Shown one piece after another: positions 61,995-64,000 of a stretch of DNA of 64,000 nucleotides (the stretch's first letter is position 1; every line of letters starts with the position of its first letter). Source of the stretch: a virus (Duplodnaviria > Caudoviricetes); IMG/VR virus record IMGVR_UViG_2974630626_000001, positions 7,021-71,020 of that record. One strand, 5' to 3'. The notes beneath the pieces were generated by a model that had not been told where the DNA came from, ran no database searches, and worked only from the letters and a program-made list of their open reading frames with translations. Made by a program: the position numbers and the translations under genes.

Positions 61995-62018
61995 AACAGG
62001 CACATGCCATGTGACGCT
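61993..62018 (+). promoter_or_regulatory. Middle-type promoter (leadered)
   Basis: AAAACAGGCACA-N8-GACGCT. Confidence 0.75.
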
Positions 62019-62056
62019 TGAACTAAGAAAATAACCCACAAGAAAGACCCGTTCCC

Positions 62057-62422
62057 ATGGATTTGCTCACTGTTTGGTTCCACCTGTTCCCCTGGCTCTC
62101 GCTGGTGGCCGTTATCTGCCTTGTGGCTATCACGGTTTGGATGTGGGTTCCACGCCCCAACGCCGCCGCCCGGTCCTTTCAGGACGGCTTTGGCGAGGGC
62201 TACAAGACCGGCCACAAGGAAGGCATCAAAGAGGGCTACGCAGCCGGTGCCGAGGACAACCACCTCGAGGAAGGGCACTTTATCAAGTGCCCCGAATGCG
62301 ACCACGCTATCCACATTCCCACCATCCTGCATGTGACCGGGGAACCGGGCGAACAGTTGATTGATTGCGAGCCTGACACCACGGAATTGTGGGTCCACAT
62401 GAACAGCCACAAAGATGCCTGA
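62057..62422 (+). CDS. Membrane-anchored Zn-binding protein
   Basis: N-terminal TM, G(Y/F)xxG repeats, CPEC...H. Confidence 0.7.
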   Translation: MDLLTVWFHLFPWLSLVAVICLVAITVWMWVPRPNAAARSFQDGFGEGYKTGHKEGIKEGYAAGAEDNHLEEGHFIKCPECDHAIHIPTILHVTGEPGEQLIDCEPDTTELWVHMNSHKDA

Positions 62423-62552
62423 CAAAAAGCGACCCCTTGAGATACCGCCCGGGCCGATCACGGAACCGAGCTATTGCGAGCATTGCGGCCAAGGCTATGT
62501 GTTGCCGCAGTTCGCTGAGGAATGCCCCTGCAGAGAGGAACCCAAGCCGTGA
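62415..62552 (+). CDS. Small Cys protein (45 aa)
   Basis: CEHC...CPC; below the ORF-track cutoff. Confidence 0.5.
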   Translation: MPDKKRPLEIPPGPITEPSYCEHCGQGYVLPQFAEECPCREEPKP

Positions 62553-62692
62553 AAATCACCTACGCGAGTACCAACGACGACTTGAAGTTCCTCACCCGGC
62601 TGGGGGTGCCCCTGGACGACGTGGCCAACCGTATGGGCCGATCAGAGGACGCCGTCCAAGCCATGCTGACCAAAGACGAACCGGAGGACTGA
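62549..62692 (+). CDS. Small HTH protein (47 aa)
   Basis: GTGA-coupled, SD GAGGA; LTRLGVPLDDVANRMGRSEDAVQAML. Confidence 0.65.
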   Translation: MKITYASTNDDLKFLTRLGVPLDDVANRMGRSEDAVQAMLTKDEPED

Positions 62693-62696
62693 ACCA

Positions 62697-63005
62697 ATGC
62701 CAGGACAACACCAGTGGAGCGCCGAAACCAAAAGGTTGAGGCAGGAAGCCCACGACGCCATAGACAAGCTGGCCCGTTCCATGCACAAGGACCGCGGCGA
62801 CTGGGGACGCCGGGACGACTGGACCGACGAAGAACGCGCGGCCGTGGACCTCACGGACCAGCACCTGACCGCGTGGGTGGTCCAAACCCACTACCAGGGG
62901 TTCAGTGACCCGGAGGACGCCGTGGAAGTCGCTGTGGCGTCCGGTGCCGCCCCGGCAACGCTGCGAGGGCTGGCCGAGTCGCTGGCCGACGCCTATTCCG
63001 AATAA
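62697..63005 (+). CDS. Hypothetical protein
   Basis: SD GGAGG; 102 aa. Confidence 0.7.
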   Translation: MPGQHQWSAETKRLRQEAHDAIDKLARSMHKDRGDWGRRDDWTDEERAAVDLTDQHLTAWVVQTHYQGFSDPEDAVEVAVASGAAPATLRGLAESLADAYSE

Positions 63006-63023
63006 CGAGAGAGGAACCCAGCA

Positions 63024-63605
63024 ATGCATTTCATGAAGGACCTGTTTTTGAGGGCCACAGGCCGGAACCGTAAGCGCGTTCTCAAGTTCGACAACCCGGC
63101 CCCCGTGAACCCGGATGCTGTCAGCACGTCGGAAGCCGAGGACGCCATGGCCGCCGCCGCCGCTGAACCACGGGGCGAGCGGGAAAAGCGCCTGTATTAC
63201 GAACTCATGGTGTCCGCGTTCTTCAAATTCCATGAGGGCAAGGACTCCGAAAACGGCACATTCGGGCCACAGTCCCCGGCGCTCATTCAAGAGTTCATGC
63301 AGACGTTCCAGCCCGGGTGGCAGTGGGGGCCATACAACGCCGCTGACCTGGCGGACCACCCCGAAGACTTGGCGCCGTGGTTCTTCCCTGTTCCGCCGCA
63401 GTCCCCCACCCGCATGGGTGACATTGTGGTGTTCGGGAAGCATGACCATCTACGGCCATTCGGGAACGTCGCCATTATGGCCGGGGACGCGATCACGGAC
63501 GGTTACGCCAAGGTGTTCACGCAGACATGGACCAAGGGCTGCACGTTCGTAATTGAGCCGGCCGAGTTCACGGCGGTGTTCAGGCGGGACCACACCCGTG
63601 CGTAG
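63024..63605 (+). CDS. CHAP-fold protein with substituted catalytic residues
   Basis: GTFGPQSPAL...NAAD...GDIVVFG...PFGNVAIM...VFTQ aligns by eye with the two intact CHAP domains in this genome. Confidence 0.75.
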   Translation: MHFMKDLFLRATGRNRKRVLKFDNPAPVNPDAVSTSEAEDAMAAAAAEPRGEREKRLYYELMVSAFFKFHEGKDSENGTFGPQSPALIQEFMQTFQPGWQWGPYNAADLADHPEDLAPWFFPVPPQSPTRMGDIVVFGKHDHLRPFGNVAIMAGDAITDGYAKVFTQTWTKGCTFVIEPAEFTAVFRRDHTRA

Positions 63606-63948
63606 GTACACCAAGGACATGTACCCCTTGGACCTGGAGCAACAGACCCATTACGTCAAGGACCGGGTGGTGGTTGAGGGGGACCACCATATTTGGCAGC
63701 TTGGCATTCATAAGGTCTGGGGATACCCCCGGGGCGGCGCGCCTATTGGGTTCAAGATTGCCTACCGGGCAGCGTGGGAGGTGGAGCATGGCGAGCGTTT
63801 GCCGTCCGACGTTCTGATCATTCCCACATGCGACCGGGTGGAGTGCGTGAACCCGGCGCACATGGTCAGCATGAGGTGCTTACCCAACCAGGTGCCCAAG
63901 ATGAACAAGGCGCGCCGTGAAAGGCTTCAACCAGCCACGGGCTGTTAA
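63598..63948 (+). CDS. HNH-fold protein lacking the catalytic His
   Basis: HHIW...GY...AYRAAWE..HG..LP...IIPTCDRVECVNPAH. Confidence 0.7.
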   Translation: MRRYTKDMYPLDLEQQTHYVKDRVVVEGDHHIWQLGIHKVWGYPRGGAPIGFKIAYRAAWEVEHGERLPSDVLIIPTCDRVECVNPAHMVSMRCLPNQVPKMNKARRERLQPATGC

Positions 63949-64000
63949 GATAAATGTCAAGACCACCCGTTGAATAACCGAGAGCATGAGAGGCGGTGAC

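Overview
This window is 64 kb of a GC-rich tailed actinobacteriophage with a contractile tail (sheath, tube, baseplate). It has no terminase, portal, integrase or recognisable immunity repressor, so it is probably most of a lytic genome of about 70 kb. Gene content and organisation recall Arthrobacter myoviruses of the cluster AR / ArV1 type; this is from memory, not a search. The left arm (1-27.9 kb) holds the head, tail, fibre and lysis genes. It is interrupted at 22.6-24.5 kb by a leftward island of five small genes, with three baseplate genes stranded after it. The right arm (28-64 kb) holds an SMC-like ATPase, a RecE/RecT-like pair, a truncated replication initiator followed by an iteron-like array, and about 35 small hypothetical genes. 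It also encodes a split C5-cytosine methyltransferase, an N6A/N4C methyltransferase, a nuclease plus SNF2 helicase, RusA, HNH, SSB and a sliding clamp. The strongest signal the gene list does not explain is a three-tier transcription code readable from the DNA. (1) Twin sigA-like promoters carry a 17-bp palindromic operator, TGTAGC-N5-GCTACA, and flank a small HTH gene. (2) There are eleven copies of AAAACAGGCACG-N8-NANNNT, seven of them exactly 20 nt before an ATG (leaderless geometry). (3) There are six copies of CGTCCCACA-type box-N18-NANNNT, five in the structural region. Other highlights are the overlapping-frame two-subunit C5 methyltransferase with nine tandem PTP modules, and adjacent catalytically substituted CHAP and HNH pseudo-enzymes at the right end. 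Functional calls rest on motif recognition by eye; no database search was run.
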